Part shown: one piece after another, positions 1 to 8,957 of the stretch
Layout: every line of letters starts with the position of its first letter
How positions within the stretch are numbered: the first letter of the stretch is position 1
Assembly (NCBI GenBank): GCA_964500725.1
Contig: CAZCNP010000002.1
Coordinates: forward strand, 5,347-69,346
Origin: an uncultured Gammaproteobacteria bacterium
GTDB lineage: Bacteria > Patescibacteriota > Microgenomatia > Daviesbacterales > UBA10151
DNA: 64,000 bases
Direction: 5' to 3'
Program-made: the position numbers and the translations under genes
Notes under the pieces: model-generated
What the model saw: the letters and a program-made list of their open reading frames with translations, nothing else
Database searches by the model: none
Told to the model about the DNA's origin: nothing

Positions 1-173
1 TTATTTAAGGCTTCAATTTCTGCATGGGCTTTACCTGCTTGATGGTGGAAACCTTTACCAATAATTCGGTTATTTTTAACTATAATTGCTCCAACCATAG
101 GGTTGGGATTGGTCCAGCCTAATCCTTTTTTTGCAAGTTTGATAGCTTGTTTTAGGAAAAATTCATCAGTCAT
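1..173 (-). CDS. ribD: Riboflavin deaminase/reductase RibD, N-terminal part (runs off the window)
   Basis: Manual translation MTDEFFLKQAIKLAKKGLGWTNPNPMVGAIIVKNNRIIGKGFHHQAGKAHAEIEAL has the PNPxVG and HAE deaminase motifs; ATGA overlap with the ribA stop. Confidence 0.93.
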   Translation of the reverse strand, partial: MTDEFFLKQAIKLAKKGLGWTNPNPMVGAIIVKNNRIIGKGFHHQAGKAHAEIEALN

Positions 174-772
174 ACAAGTGTTAATTTGTGGCGCATTTTT
201 TGTTTTTTTACTTTAAGATAATTAAGATCTATTTTATTAGGTTTAATCTCGAGGGCTATTCTCTTGAATGTTTTGATGCCAAACTTAGCAAGTTGATCTT
301 TTTTATTAAGATTATTTGTCAGAAGGTTAATGTTTACTGTGCCTAAATCTTTTAGAATATCAGCAGCTATTTCATAACTGCGTAAGTCTGAGGGAAAACC
401 TAGCGCTTCATTGGCTTCCACTGTATCATAGCCTTTATCTTGTAAGGAATAAGCTTTAATTTTATTGGTAAGACCAATTCCTCGGCCTTCTTGATTGAGA
501 TATAGTATCAGCCCGCTGCCCATTTTACTAATTATCTTCATACTTTTTTTAAGCTGCTCTCCACAGTCGCACCTTAAAGATGAAAAAGTGTCACCTGTTA
601 AACATTGGGAATGAATTCTTGTTAAAACAGGTTTTTCTAAATTTCCTATTGTTAAAACTGCATGCTCGCGGTTATCTTTTAAAGATTTATAAATAATTAT
701 TTTAAAAAGCCCATATTTTGTTGGTAGAGTTGAGGTGGCAGTTTTAATAACGGTTTGCATAGGTAGCTTCAT
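170..772 (-). CDS. ribA: GTP cyclohydrolase II (stand-alone, no RibB domain)
   Basis: RIHSQCLTGD, CDCGEQL, QEGRGIGL and LLTNN motifs. Confidence 0.95.
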   Translation of the reverse strand: MKLPMQTVIKTATSTLPTKYGLFKIIIYKSLKDNREHAVLTIGNLEKPVLTRIHSQCLTGDTFSSLRCDCGEQLKKSMKIISKMGSGLILYLNQEGRGIGLTNKIKAYSLQDKGYDTVEANEALGFPSDLRSYEIAADILKDLGTVNINLLTNNLNKKDQLAKFGIKTFKRIALEIKPNKIDLNYLKVKKQKMRHKLTLV

Positions 773-1245
773 ATTTGGGATAGTGTTTTGATAGCTGTAA
801 GCACAGCTTTGGCTGCTTCTATGCCTTTATTGTACTTTCCAACACTTCTTTTCTTTGCCTGCTTAAGGTTGTAAGTTGCCAATACCTCGAAAGCAATAGG
901 AATATTAAACTCTAAGGAGATATTCATAAGAGCCCTGGTACATTCATTGGCAATAAGCTCAAAATGATAGGTATCTCCTTTGAGGATTATTCCCAATGCA
1001 ACCATCCCGTTATATTTTTTGTTTTCTGCGGCTTTTTTGGCAATTAAAGGTATTTCCCAAGATCCGGGTACTGTAAAGGTGGATATATTATTTTTTTTAA
1101 CACCACTGGCGAGTAAATAATCTTTACAGGCTTTTTCTAAACTTGAAGTTAAGTGCTGATGGTAAAGACTCTTAATGATGGCTATTTTAAGCTTTGAATT
1201 AGTCTTGCTGTATTCTTTTATATTTTTGGAAAAATCTTTTATCAT
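769..1245 (-). CDS. ribH: 6,7-dimethyl-8-ribityllumazine synthase
   Basis: VPGSWEIP, G..LKGDTYHFE, NKGIEAA. Confidence 0.95.
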   Translation of the reverse strand: MIKDFSKNIKEYSKTNSKLKIAIIKSLYHQHLTSSLEKACKDYLLASGVKKNNISTFTVPGSWEIPLIAKKAAENKKYNGMVALGIILKGDTYHFELIANECTRALMNISLEFNIPIAFEVLATYNLKQAKKRSVGKYNKGIEAAKAVLTAIKTLSQI

Positions 1246-1820
1246 TTTTTTAATAATTTTTCTATGTATTTTGCTAAGATATCAACTTCAATGTTGAGGA
1301 AATCACCAATTTTTATAAATTTAAGCATAGTATTTTCCCATGTGTAAGGAATGATACCAACTGTAAAATAATTTTTTCCTGCTTTGATCACAGTTAAGGA
1401 GATACCATTTATAGCAATAGAGCCTTTTTCCACTATGTATTTTGCAAACGCGTTAGATATAGAAAGTTTTAAGATTCTACTATTGCCTGAAATTTTGATA
1501 TCCAATATCTTTGAGACTGTGTCAATGTGTCCTTGTAAGATATGGCCAGAGATAAGCGAGGAGGGAGTTACTGGAAATTCCAAATTAACTAGATCATTTG
1601 TTTTTAGATACTTTATATTGGTTTTCTTTTCAGTTTCTGGCATGAAATCTATTTTGAAATAGTCTTTATTGTTATCTTTGACTGTAAAGCAGATTCCATT
1701 AACAGAAACACTGAGTCCTTTTTTAGCTTTAGCCAAGAAATTCTGATCAGCTTTGATTTTCAATGCCTGGTTCGTCTTTTTTGATATTTTGCCAATATGG
1801 GTAACTATGCCTGTAAACAT
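1242..1820 (-). CDS. ribE: Riboflavin synthase (alpha chain)
   Basis: MFTGIV N-terminus, GHILQGHID, NGISLTV; two-fold internal repeat. Confidence 0.95.
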   Translation of the reverse strand: MFTGIVTHIGKISKKTNQALKIKADQNFLAKAKKGLSVSVNGICFTVKDNNKDYFKIDFMPETEKKTNIKYLKTNDLVNLEFPVTPSSLISGHILQGHIDTVSKILDIKISGNSRILKLSISNAFAKYIVEKGSIAINGISLTVIKAGKNYFTVGIIPYTWENTMLKFIKIGDFLNIEVDILAKYIEKLLKK

Positions 1821-1843
1821 AAAAAATCCCCTTTCCGGGGATT
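1821..1843 (-). terminator. Riboswitch expression-platform hairpin (terminator and/or RBS sequester)
   Basis: Minus strand AATCCCC-GGAAA-GGGGATT then a T-run directly abutting the ribE ATG. Confidence 0.75.
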
Positions 1844-1911
1844 AATTACGTTTTACCCTTGTCTCAGAATTGCCATTAGAGACAATTCTTCACAAGTGGA
1901 TCTTCAGTCCG

Positions 1912-2038
1912 ATTCTTTCTTTTATCCCGACTATACGGTCGCTACTGGATTTACACCAGTTCCTCCAAGCACCAATCAGATGATGCTTGGTCGTAGAGTT
2001 TACTACCGATTTTGACTTACACAAATCCCCGAAAGAAT
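1912..2038 (-). ncRNA. FMN (RFN) riboswitch
   Basis: Minus strand ATTCTTTCGGGG...TGTAAGTC...CGGTAGT...CTACGA...CTGGTGTAAATCCAG..GACCGTATAGTCGGGAT..AGAAAGAAT fits the RFN layout, with P1 ATTCTTT/AAAGAAT; lies upstream of the rib operon. Confidence 0.92.
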
Positions 2039-2061
2039 ATTGATATTATATCAAAAAAGCC

Positions 2062-2114
2062 TCAAAAAAACTCGCACAGAGCGAGTTTTCTTGAAAAGCT
2101 ATCTTTCGATAACC
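2062..2114 (-). ncRNA. Candidate ~50-nt small RNA (GAAA-tetraloop hairpin plus intrinsic terminator)
   Basis: TTGACC-18-TATAAA promoter, then GGTTATC-GAAA-GATAGCT, then AAAACTCGC-N5-GCGAGTTTTTTT. Confidence 0.4.
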
Positions 2115-2183
2115 ATATTTTTTATATCAAATAGTTACTGCCTTGGTCAAGTAGTTCAAACTAGATCATGTTACAATATAATA

Positions 2184-2684
2184 ATGATTTATTTGGCAAC
2201 TGATCACGCAGGTTTTGAATTAAAAGAAAAAGTTAAGAAGTTTCTGCAAGATGAGGGGTATCAGGTAGATGATTGTGGCGCATATCAATATGATAAAGAT
2301 GATGACTATCCTGATTTTATAGCCAAAGCAGCAAAAGCTGTATCTGGTGATCCAAGCAGTAAAGGGATTGTTTTTGGAAGCTCTGGGCAAGGCGAGGCAA
2401 TGGTTGCTAATAAGTTTCCAAATATTAGGGCAGCTGTTTTTTATACACCTTGTATTCCTTCGCATAATATAGATGTGACAGGGAGGGTTAGTCAGGATTC
2501 TTTTGAGATGATACGTTTAACCCGGGAACACAACAACGCGAATGTATTATCCTTAGGGGCAAAGATTTTAAAAGAAGAGGATGCTTTGAAGGCGGTAAAG
2601 CTTTGGCTAGAAGCCCCTTTTACAAATGAATCTCGTCATGCAAGAAGAATAGAAAAAATAAAACAGATTGAAGAGCAAAGATGA
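2184..2684 (+). CDS. rpiB: Ribose-5-phosphate isomerase B
   Basis: MIYLATDHAG, DDDYPD, SGQGE.M.ANK, REHNNANVL, RHARRI; start moved from 2040 to the ATG at 2184. Confidence 0.93.
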   Translation: MIYLATDHAGFELKEKVKKFLQDEGYQVDDCGAYQYDKDDDYPDFIAKAAKAVSGDPSSKGIVFGSSGQGEAMVANKFPNIRAAVFYTPCIPSHNIDVTGRVSQDSFEMIRLTREHNNANVLSLGAKILKEEDALKAVKLWLEAPFTNESRHARRIEKIKQIEEQR

Positions 2685-3325
2685 TACAAATCATACCGAC
2701 TGTATTAGCAACTTCCGAGCAGCAGTATCAGCAGGATATTACAAGATTTGCCTCAGTTGAGGCTCTTAAAGGAGGTTGGGTACATCTTGATTTCATGGAC
2801 AACAAATTTGTTCCAAATGGAGGGATTCACCCCTCAGTGACTGCTAAGTATCCTATACCCTTTAAGAAAGAAGCGCATTTAATGGTGCAGTACCCCAAAG
2901 AGTGGATTGACGAATTAATTGAAGCAGGTTTTGAACGCGTTATGCTTCATCTTGAAGCAGACGAGATAGAGGAGTGTATTGATTATATTAAAAATAAAAG
3001 ACTAGAAGTAGGTTTGGCATTAAAGCATGAAACTCCACTTGAGAGATTAATGCCTTACATTCCTAAAATAGATAGAGTTTTACTTATGGGCGTAGTGCCT
3101 GGTTTTCAAGGTCAGCCTTTTATTGAAGAAAGCCTGCAGAAAATAAAGGATTTTAAATTAAAAGGGTGGACAATCAAGGTAGGGGTAGATGGAGCTGTTA
3201 GAGATACAAATATAAAGCAGTTGGTTGATGCAGGTGTAGATTATATGATTGTAGGATCGTATCTTTTAAAAGGAGATATTGAAGAGAATTTAGAAATACT
3301 CTGGGAAAAAATTCATGGATCTTAA
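2681..3325 (+). CDS. rpe: Ribulose-phosphate 3-epimerase
   Basis: HLDFMDNKFVPN, EAHLMV, MGVVPGFQGQ, VDGAV. Confidence 0.92.
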   Translation: MIQIIPTVLATSEQQYQQDITRFASVEALKGGWVHLDFMDNKFVPNGGIHPSVTAKYPIPFKKEAHLMVQYPKEWIDELIEAGFERVMLHLEADEIEECIDYIKNKRLEVGLALKHETPLERLMPYIPKIDRVLLMGVVPGFQGQPFIEESLQKIKDFKLKGWTIKVGVDGAVRDTNIKQLVDAGVDYMIVGSYLLKGDIEENLEILWEKIHGS

Positions 3326-3944
3326 GGAGAAGAAGGCTAGAACAATTCAATATGTGGCTATTTTTGGATTTGCAGATGCATCAGAAAATGATGAGCTTTT
3401 TCAAACAGTTAGGGCTGTTTCTAAGGAATTGGCAGAAGCAGGTTACACAGTAGTTGATGGAGGAGGGCCAGGAGTTATGAGAGCAGCTACAATCGGTGCT
3501 AAAGAAGGTGGGGGGAAAGTAATTGGGGTAACTTTATACTCGGAAGACATCCCTAATTTTGAAGGCAGAGATCCAGAAAATTTATTTGACCAGGAGATAA
3601 AAACTACTAACTACGTAGATAGAACACTAGCTCTCATGAGAACAGGACAAGTTTATGTAGTTTTTAACGGGGGTTCTGGAACAATTTCTGAGTTTGGAAT
3701 GGCTTGGGGGTTAGCTAAACTTTACTTTGGGCATCATAAACCCCTAATTTTATATGGCAAGTTTTGGGACAATATTATCAATGCTTTTGCCGATAATATG
3801 TTACTTAGGCCTCAGGAAAAAAAGGTTTATAAAATTGTTACTTCCCCTGAAGAAGTTTTGGATGCCATTAAGGCTTTTGAAGAAGAGCTTGAGGCAGGTG
3901 AGCATAATCACGAGATGCGGTCAGAAAGTGATTACAGTTTATGA
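3315..3944 (+). CDS. LOG-family nucleotide phosphoribohydrolase-like protein
   Basis: GGGPGVMRAA and GGSGT.SE motifs. Confidence 0.8.
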   Translation: MDLKEKKARTIQYVAIFGFADASENDELFQTVRAVSKELAEAGYTVVDGGGPGVMRAATIGAKEGGGKVIGVTLYSEDIPNFEGRDPENLFDQEIKTTNYVDRTLALMRTGQVYVVFNGGSGTISEFGMAWGLAKLYFGHHKPLILYGKFWDNIINAFADNMLLRPQEKKVYKIVTSPEEVLDAIKAFEEELEAGEHNHEMRSESDYSL

Positions 3945-4378
3945 TTTCATCAAATTTGTCCAATAGATTGGTCTTTATTTTTAGTTTGTTAGGGCTTTTT
4001 ATATCAGCATTTTTGCTTTATGAATACAATATTAGTGGACCAATTGTTTGTCCTATTGGTGGTGGTTGTGATGCTGTTCGAGCCAGTCAATATTCGCATT
4101 TTTTGGGAATCTCGATCCCTGTTTTAGGAGTTATTTTTTATTTGGGTATGGCCTTGCTTTCTGTGGTACATTCTCATCAGTTACCTACTAAAATTCTTGC
4201 TAAATTAAAATTATTAGGAGCATTAGCTGGAGCAGGTTTTGGTATATATCTTACTTATTTGGAAGCATTTGTAATTAAAGCTTATTGCTTTTGGTGTGTG
4301 GCTTCGTTTATTATATCGCTTGCGATTTTAGGAATAATTCTATTAACTGGTAAAGATGCTGATGAAAACAGAAACTAA
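3941..4378 (+). CDS. Vitamin K epoxide reductase (VKOR) family protein
   Basis: C-x5-C..V..S.YS loop, C-terminal CFWC, four TM segments; next to DsbA. Confidence 0.9.
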   Translation: MISSNLSNRLVFIFSLLGLFISAFLLYEYNISGPIVCPIGGGCDAVRASQYSHFLGISIPVLGVIFYLGMALLSVVHSHQLPTKILAKLKLLGALAGAGFGIYLTYLEAFVIKAYCFWCVASFIISLAILGIILLTGKDADENRN

Positions 4379-5015
4379 ATTTTTAGGGGTTATCTTAATT
4401 ACTACACTGGCGCTGTTATTTGGTGGCATATTTTTTCTCAGTCGTAATCAGGCTTCCTCCGGTGATATTAAAGTAGAAAATGTAGCACAGATTGATTACA
4501 GCAAAGGACAAAAGGTTGGTAGCGACAGCGCAAAAGTAAAAGTGGTGGAATTTTCTGATTTTGAATGTCCTGCTTGTTTGGCAGCAGAACCTGCTATTGC
4601 TAAAGTAAAATCTTCTTACCCGGATCAAATACAGTTTATTTATCGCCATTTTCCATTACCACAACATACTCACGGCAGACAAGCAGCGGCTATAGCTGAG
4701 GCAGCTGGGCAACAAGGTAAATTTTGGGAAATGCATGATAAGCTTTTCGAAACTCAAGCAGAGTGGACAATTATGAGCAAAGATGATGCAGCTGCATTTT
4801 TCCTGCAGCTTGCCAAAAATTTAGGTTTGGATGAAAACAAAATTAAACAAGATTTGGAAAGCAATACTTTTGCAGCAAAAATAGATGCTGATATTGCAGA
4901 AGGCAGAAGATTGGGAGTTAACGCTACGCCAACCTTTTTTCTCAATGGGAAAAAGCTTAATTTAAGAGTCTTTGATGATTTAAACACTATGGTAGCTGAG
5001 GAGTTGAAAAAATAA
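4362..5015 (+). CDS. Membrane-anchored DsbA-like thiol-disulfide oxidoreductase
   Basis: N-terminal TM, EFSDFECPAC, YRHFPL, GVNATPTF (alternative start 4356). Confidence 0.9.
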   Translation: MKTETKFLGVILITTLALLFGGIFFLSRNQASSGDIKVENVAQIDYSKGQKVGSDSAKVKVVEFSDFECPACLAAEPAIAKVKSSYPDQIQFIYRHFPLPQHTHGRQAAAIAEAAGQQGKFWEMHDKLFETQAEWTIMSKDDAAAFFLQLAKNLGLDENKIKQDLESNTFAAKIDADIAEGRRLGVNATPTFFLNGKKLNLRVFDDLNTMVAEELKK

Positions 5016-5027
5016 CTGAGTATATTT

Positions 5028-6038
5028 TTACACTAAATTCTGAGGTGTATTTGATAAAGCCCCTTTGATATTGCCAACTGTTGTTTCCATTATAGAAAAT
5101 TCTGCCTCTTTGGTGTAAAAGGCCATATGTGGAGTAATAATTACATTTGGCAGATGTATTAAGATATGATCCTCTATTAATTTTTGAAAGTCTTTTGCCG
5201 GGATTTTGTTTTGGTTCAGCAGTTCTGCTTCTTCTTTTAACTCGTATTCTTCTTCTAAAACATCTAAAGCAGCTCCACCTAAGCGTTTTAAAATTAAAGC
5301 TTGATATAAAGCATCGGTGTCAACAATGCCTCCTCTGGAGGTGTTTATTAAACAACTGTCTTGTTTCATTAAGTTAATATTATCCTTATTAATTAAGTGG
5401 CGGGTTTTTTCTGATAAGGGGACATGAAGGGTAACAATATCAGAGTTTCTTAACAAATCTTCTAAAGAAACATAACTAAAACCTAATTCTTGGGAAGCTT
5501 CTGCATTGGGAAAGGGGTCCATGGCCAGTACTTTCATATTAAAACCTTTGGCAATTTTAATAACATTTTTACCAATTTTTCCAGTGCCTACCACTCCTAA
5601 AGTTTTACCATTTAAATCAAAACCCCTTAAACCCTCAAATGAAAATTCCCCAGACATTTTGAGTCTGTTTACTGCTTGGGGGATTTTTCGGGACAAAGAT
5701 AAGATTAGGCCAAAAGTATACTCAGCCACAGTATTAGAGCCATATGCTGGGACATTACAGACTAAGATGTTTTTAGATTTTGCATATGCTATATCAATAT
5801 TGTCAAAGCCTGTAGCTCTGACAGTAATCAATTTTAAGTTAGGAAAAGCATCAATAACTTTTGGAGTTACTTTAGAACAGGTAAAGATTGAGATAACTTC
5901 AAAATCTATTTTTTGAGGAATTAAATCTTCATTTAAAGGATCTTGGAAAAACTCAACCTCAGCTCCCTCTAAGTTCTTTAAGAAATATTCTTTTTTCTCA
6001 TCTTCGGTAATTTCAAAAAATGCGATTTTGTTGGGCAT
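5028..6038 (-). CDS. D-isomer 2-hydroxyacid (D-lactate) dehydrogenase
   Basis: RATGFDNID, GTGKIG, INTSRG, LDVLEEE, TPHMAFYT. Confidence 0.88.
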   Translation of the reverse strand: MPNKIAFFEITEDEKKEYFLKNLEGAEVEFFQDPLNEDLIPQKIDFEVISIFTCSKVTPKVIDAFPNLKLITVRATGFDNIDIAYAKSKNILVCNVPAYGSNTVAEYTFGLILSLSRKIPQAVNRLKMSGEFSFEGLRGFDLNGKTLGVVGTGKIGKNVIKIAKGFNMKVLAMDPFPNAEASQELGFSYVSLEDLLRNSDIVTLHVPLSEKTRHLINKDNINLMKQDSCLINTSRGGIVDTDALYQALILKRLGGAALDVLEEEYELKEEAELLNQNKIPAKDFQKLIEDHILIHLPNVIITPHMAFYTKEAEFSIMETTVGNIKGALSNTPQNLV

Positions 6039-6076
6039 ATTTTCATTATAACTAAAATTGCGGTATATTAATATTG

Positions 6077-6883
6077 ATGGATAACCTTACTCCTCTAAAT
6101 AATCTCATTAATCTTTCGTCCAAAGTAGCAATAGTTACAGGAGGAGCTCAGGGAATTGGGTTTGGAATTGCTTACAGGTTAGCAGAAGCAGGAGCAAAGA
6201 TAGTGGTGGCTGATTTTAAAGAACCAGAAGAAATGGAGGCAGTTTCTAAATTAACAGAAAAAGGGTGGATGGCAAAGGCTGTAAAGGTGGATGTTTCAAA
6301 TGAGGAGCAAGTGAGGAAAATGGTGGAGGAGGCAGTTGCAGATTTTGGATCAGTGGATATTTTGGTTAACAATGCTGGGATATATCCTGCTGAGCCTGTA
6401 ATGAAAATGAGTGCTGAAGACTTTGATAAAGTAATTGCTGTGAATTTAAAAGGGGTGTTTCTTTGCACAAAATATGTTTCAGAGCAGATGATCAAACAAG
6501 GAAAAGGAGGAAAAATTATCAATATTACCTCAATTGATGCTTTGCATCCTTCATCTGTAGGTTTGGCTCATTATGATGCTTCCAAACATGGGGTTTGGGG
6601 CTTTACTAAAAATGTGGCTTTGGAACTTGCTCCTCATAAAATCTATGTCAACGCAATAGCTCCAGGTGGAATTACCACACCTGGTACACAACAAGCTCAA
6701 GCTGGAGCTGGGGAAGGGGTAGATATGGCTAAGATGATGGAGGTTTTTTTGGCAAAGATCCCTATGCATAGAATGGGGGATCCTGATGATATTGGTAAAG
6801 TTGCCCTATTTTTAGCCTCAGATATGTCTTCATATATGACAGGCAGCCAGATTGTGGTAGATGGAGGGGTATTATTATCCTAG
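6077..6883 (+). CDS. Short-chain dehydrogenase/reductase
   Basis: TGGAQGIG, NNAG, YDASK. Confidence 0.9.
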   Translation: MDNLTPLNNLINLSSKVAIVTGGAQGIGFGIAYRLAEAGAKIVVADFKEPEEMEAVSKLTEKGWMAKAVKVDVSNEEQVRKMVEEAVADFGSVDILVNNAGIYPAEPVMKMSAEDFDKVIAVNLKGVFLCTKYVSEQMIKQGKGGKIINITSIDALHPSSVGLAHYDASKHGVWGFTKNVALELAPHKIYVNAIAPGGITTPGTQQAQAGAGEGVDMAKMMEVFLAKIPMHRMGDPDDIGKVALFLASDMSSYMTGSQIVVDGGVLLS

Positions 6884-6889
6884 ACTTTT

Positions 6890-8101
6890 ATGGTAAATGG
6901 TAACGAATTAGAAAGTGGTACTAGACCAGAGCTTAGTAAACTAATTAATTTTTGCCATCAAGATTTAGAACAAACTTTACCTGCTGTGGCTTCTGTTTTG
7001 CGAGAAAATGATACAGAACAACCAGATATTGAGAGAGCTAGAAGCTTTATTGAACAGCTGCCACCTTTAGTAACTATACCTGTAAGCAATATACAAGAAT
7101 TTTCTGGGATAAATTTTGATTTAATCAAGCCAGAAGTTTCACTAAGAACGCCATATGTACAAGGATGGATGCAAATAAGAAAGGGAGCGGTAGGGAGTGA
7201 AGCTTTGGAAGATCTAAGGACTAAATTATCTGCTGAATCGGCAAATTATGCGACTGCGGTTTTAAAAGCTTACAAAAGAACTAAGGAGGGTGGTTTTGAG
7301 GGTTTTATAGATTTTTTAGATAAAGCTGGAATGACCGATAAAAGGATAGGTGATTTGCTGGGTTCTATCAAAGGTATTAAAGATAGTAATTCTCCTCAAG
7401 TTACAGAAGCAGCTGATATTAGAAGACAGAATTGGACTGAAGCAACACCTCTTACTAGTGTTGAAGAAATGGATCAGGCCATAACAAAATACCAGCCACA
7501 AGGAGTTAGAAAAGTAACAGTGAAATGGAAAAACCCGCCTGTTCCTTCTGCATTCTTATTTACTACTTTTACACAAGAAGGTCAAGCACAGCTTAAAGGA
7601 TTTGTAGTTGAAGTTCCAGATGAAAGTGAGGGAAGAAAAGCTCACGAACTCTCTCATGTTTATATGGCTTGTAGATTATTTGAGCAGGGTAAAGTTCCTA
7701 CTGCTGTAGCAGGCGTGGGAATTCAGGAGAAATATGCCAGAATAATCGAAGGAGTAGATACAGGAGAAGCAATGCTTTTTGCAAGTTGTATTGATGCCTC
7801 GTATAGATTTGCCAAATTCGCTGATGAAGTTTGCTCTAAGCCAAAAGCAGAAGAAGAAACAAATGAAGAATATAATAGCAGGCTTGAGCAAGATCTTAAA
7901 CAAGCAATTGATACTTCAGTATTATTAGAAGATCCTCTAACTGGATTAAAACCTATTTCTGGATCAGAGGTTATACCATTTGGGGCAAGAACTGTGCCAT
8001 ATATGTTGGATGTAGTGGAGGCAACTGCTTTAAGAGAGCAATTGCAAAAACAGGAAATACATAACCCAGATCAGGTTTTTGATGCTGTAACTAAGGCTTA
8101 A
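6890..8101 (+). CDS. Hypothetical protein with HExxH motif (possible gluzincin peptidase)
   Basis: 403-aa ORF; AHELSH with a downstream Glu (GIQE). Confidence 0.6.
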   Translation: MVNGNELESGTRPELSKLINFCHQDLEQTLPAVASVLRENDTEQPDIERARSFIEQLPPLVTIPVSNIQEFSGINFDLIKPEVSLRTPYVQGWMQIRKGAVGSEALEDLRTKLSAESANYATAVLKAYKRTKEGGFEGFIDFLDKAGMTDKRIGDLLGSIKGIKDSNSPQVTEAADIRRQNWTEATPLTSVEEMDQAITKYQPQGVRKVTVKWKNPPVPSAFLFTTFTQEGQAQLKGFVVEVPDESEGRKAHELSHVYMACRLFEQGKVPTAVAGVGIQEKYARIIEGVDTGEAMLFASCIDASYRFAKFADEVCSKPKAEEETNEEYNSRLEQDLKQAIDTSVLLEDPLTGLKPISGSEVIPFGARTVPYMLDVVEATALREQLQKQEIHNPDQVFDAVTKA

Positions 8102-8121
8102 ATCATTTTTTCTATAAATAC

Positions 8122-8168
8122 TTGACTTGTTCCCCTATTTTAAGATATGATATCCCCCATAGGGGGAT
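8122..8168 (+). promoter_or_regulatory. sigma70 promoter plus CsoR-type operator
   Basis: TTGACT-18-TATGAT followed by the perfect inverted repeat ATCCCCC-ATA-GGGGGAT (8152-8168), a C/G-tract operator typical of CsoR/RcnR. Confidence 0.8.
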
Positions 8169-8171
8169 TTG

Positions 8172-8441
8172 ATGTACAGACCAAAAGATACCAAAGAAGC
8201 AATACTTCATAGATTAAAAATTGCCAGAGGACATTTAGAAAAAGTGATTCAGATGATGGAGACTGGTCAATACTGTATTGATATCATTCATCAATCCCAA
8301 GCTGTTCAGCGGGCTTTAGAAGAAACTGACGGCGTATTGCTGGAAAACCACCTAAAAACCTGTGTTGCAGATCATATTAAAAAGGGTGAAACAGGAAAAT
8401 CGATAGAAGAGATAATGAATGTTTTTAAAAGAAATAAATAA
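8172..8441 (+). CDS. csoR: Copper-sensing repressor, CsoR family
   Basis: RLK.A.GH, YCIDIIHQ, ENHLKTC (C-H-C ligand set). Confidence 0.88.
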   Translation: MYRPKDTKEAILHRLKIARGHLEKVIQMMETGQYCIDIIHQSQAVQRALEETDGVLLENHLKTCVADHIKKGETGKSIEEIMNVFKRNK

Positions 8442-8453
8442 AAGTCTTAAAAT

Positions 8454-8954
8454 ATGAACAACAAAAAAATTATTATTGGTTTTGTCATATTTACTCTTTT
8501 AATTTTGGGTGGTGGGATTTATATACTGTCAACCACTACTTCTTCTCCTGTTGCAGTTACTGCTTCTCAAAAGGCTAAAGTACAGGTTGATCAAAAGTTT
8601 TTTGATTGGGGCAATATTCCGATAAATGGAGGTAATGCTATCAAAACTTTTTCCATTAAAAATTCTGGGACAGATATTTTAAAAATCACCGGAGTTAAAA
8701 CCTCTTGTACCTGCACCAAAGCGCAAATTATAATTGATGGTAAAACAAGCCCTTACTTTAGTATGCACGCAACATCTGGCTGGGTTGGCGAGGTAGCGCC
8801 AGGCAAGGAAGCACAGCTTAAAGTAATTTTTGATCCTGCTTTTCATGGTCCAACAGGAGTGGGACCAATGGAAAGGCTGATCTCTATGCAAACCAATGAT
8901 GCCCAAAATCCTAATTTAGAATTTTCCTTAAAAGGAGTAGTAGTAAAGGAATAA
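8454..8954 (+). CDS. Membrane-anchored DUF1573-like Ig-fold protein
   Basis: N-terminal TM; F.IKNSG...L.I.GV.TSCTCT; FSMH and PAFHG motifs. Confidence 0.7.
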   Translation: MNNKKIIIGFVIFTLLILGGGIYILSTTTSSPVAVTASQKAKVQVDQKFFDWGNIPINGGNAIKTFSIKNSGTDILKITGVKTSCTCTKAQIIIDGKTSPYFSMHATSGWVGEVAPGKEAQLKVIFDPAFHGPTGVGPMERLISMQTNDAQNPNLEFSLKGVVVKE

Positions 8955-8957
8955 GTT

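Noticed and set aside
2040-2183. N-terminal extension of RpiB in the ORF track
   Set aside because: It spans promoter and hairpin DNA; the RpiB family start is MIYLATDHAG at 2184.
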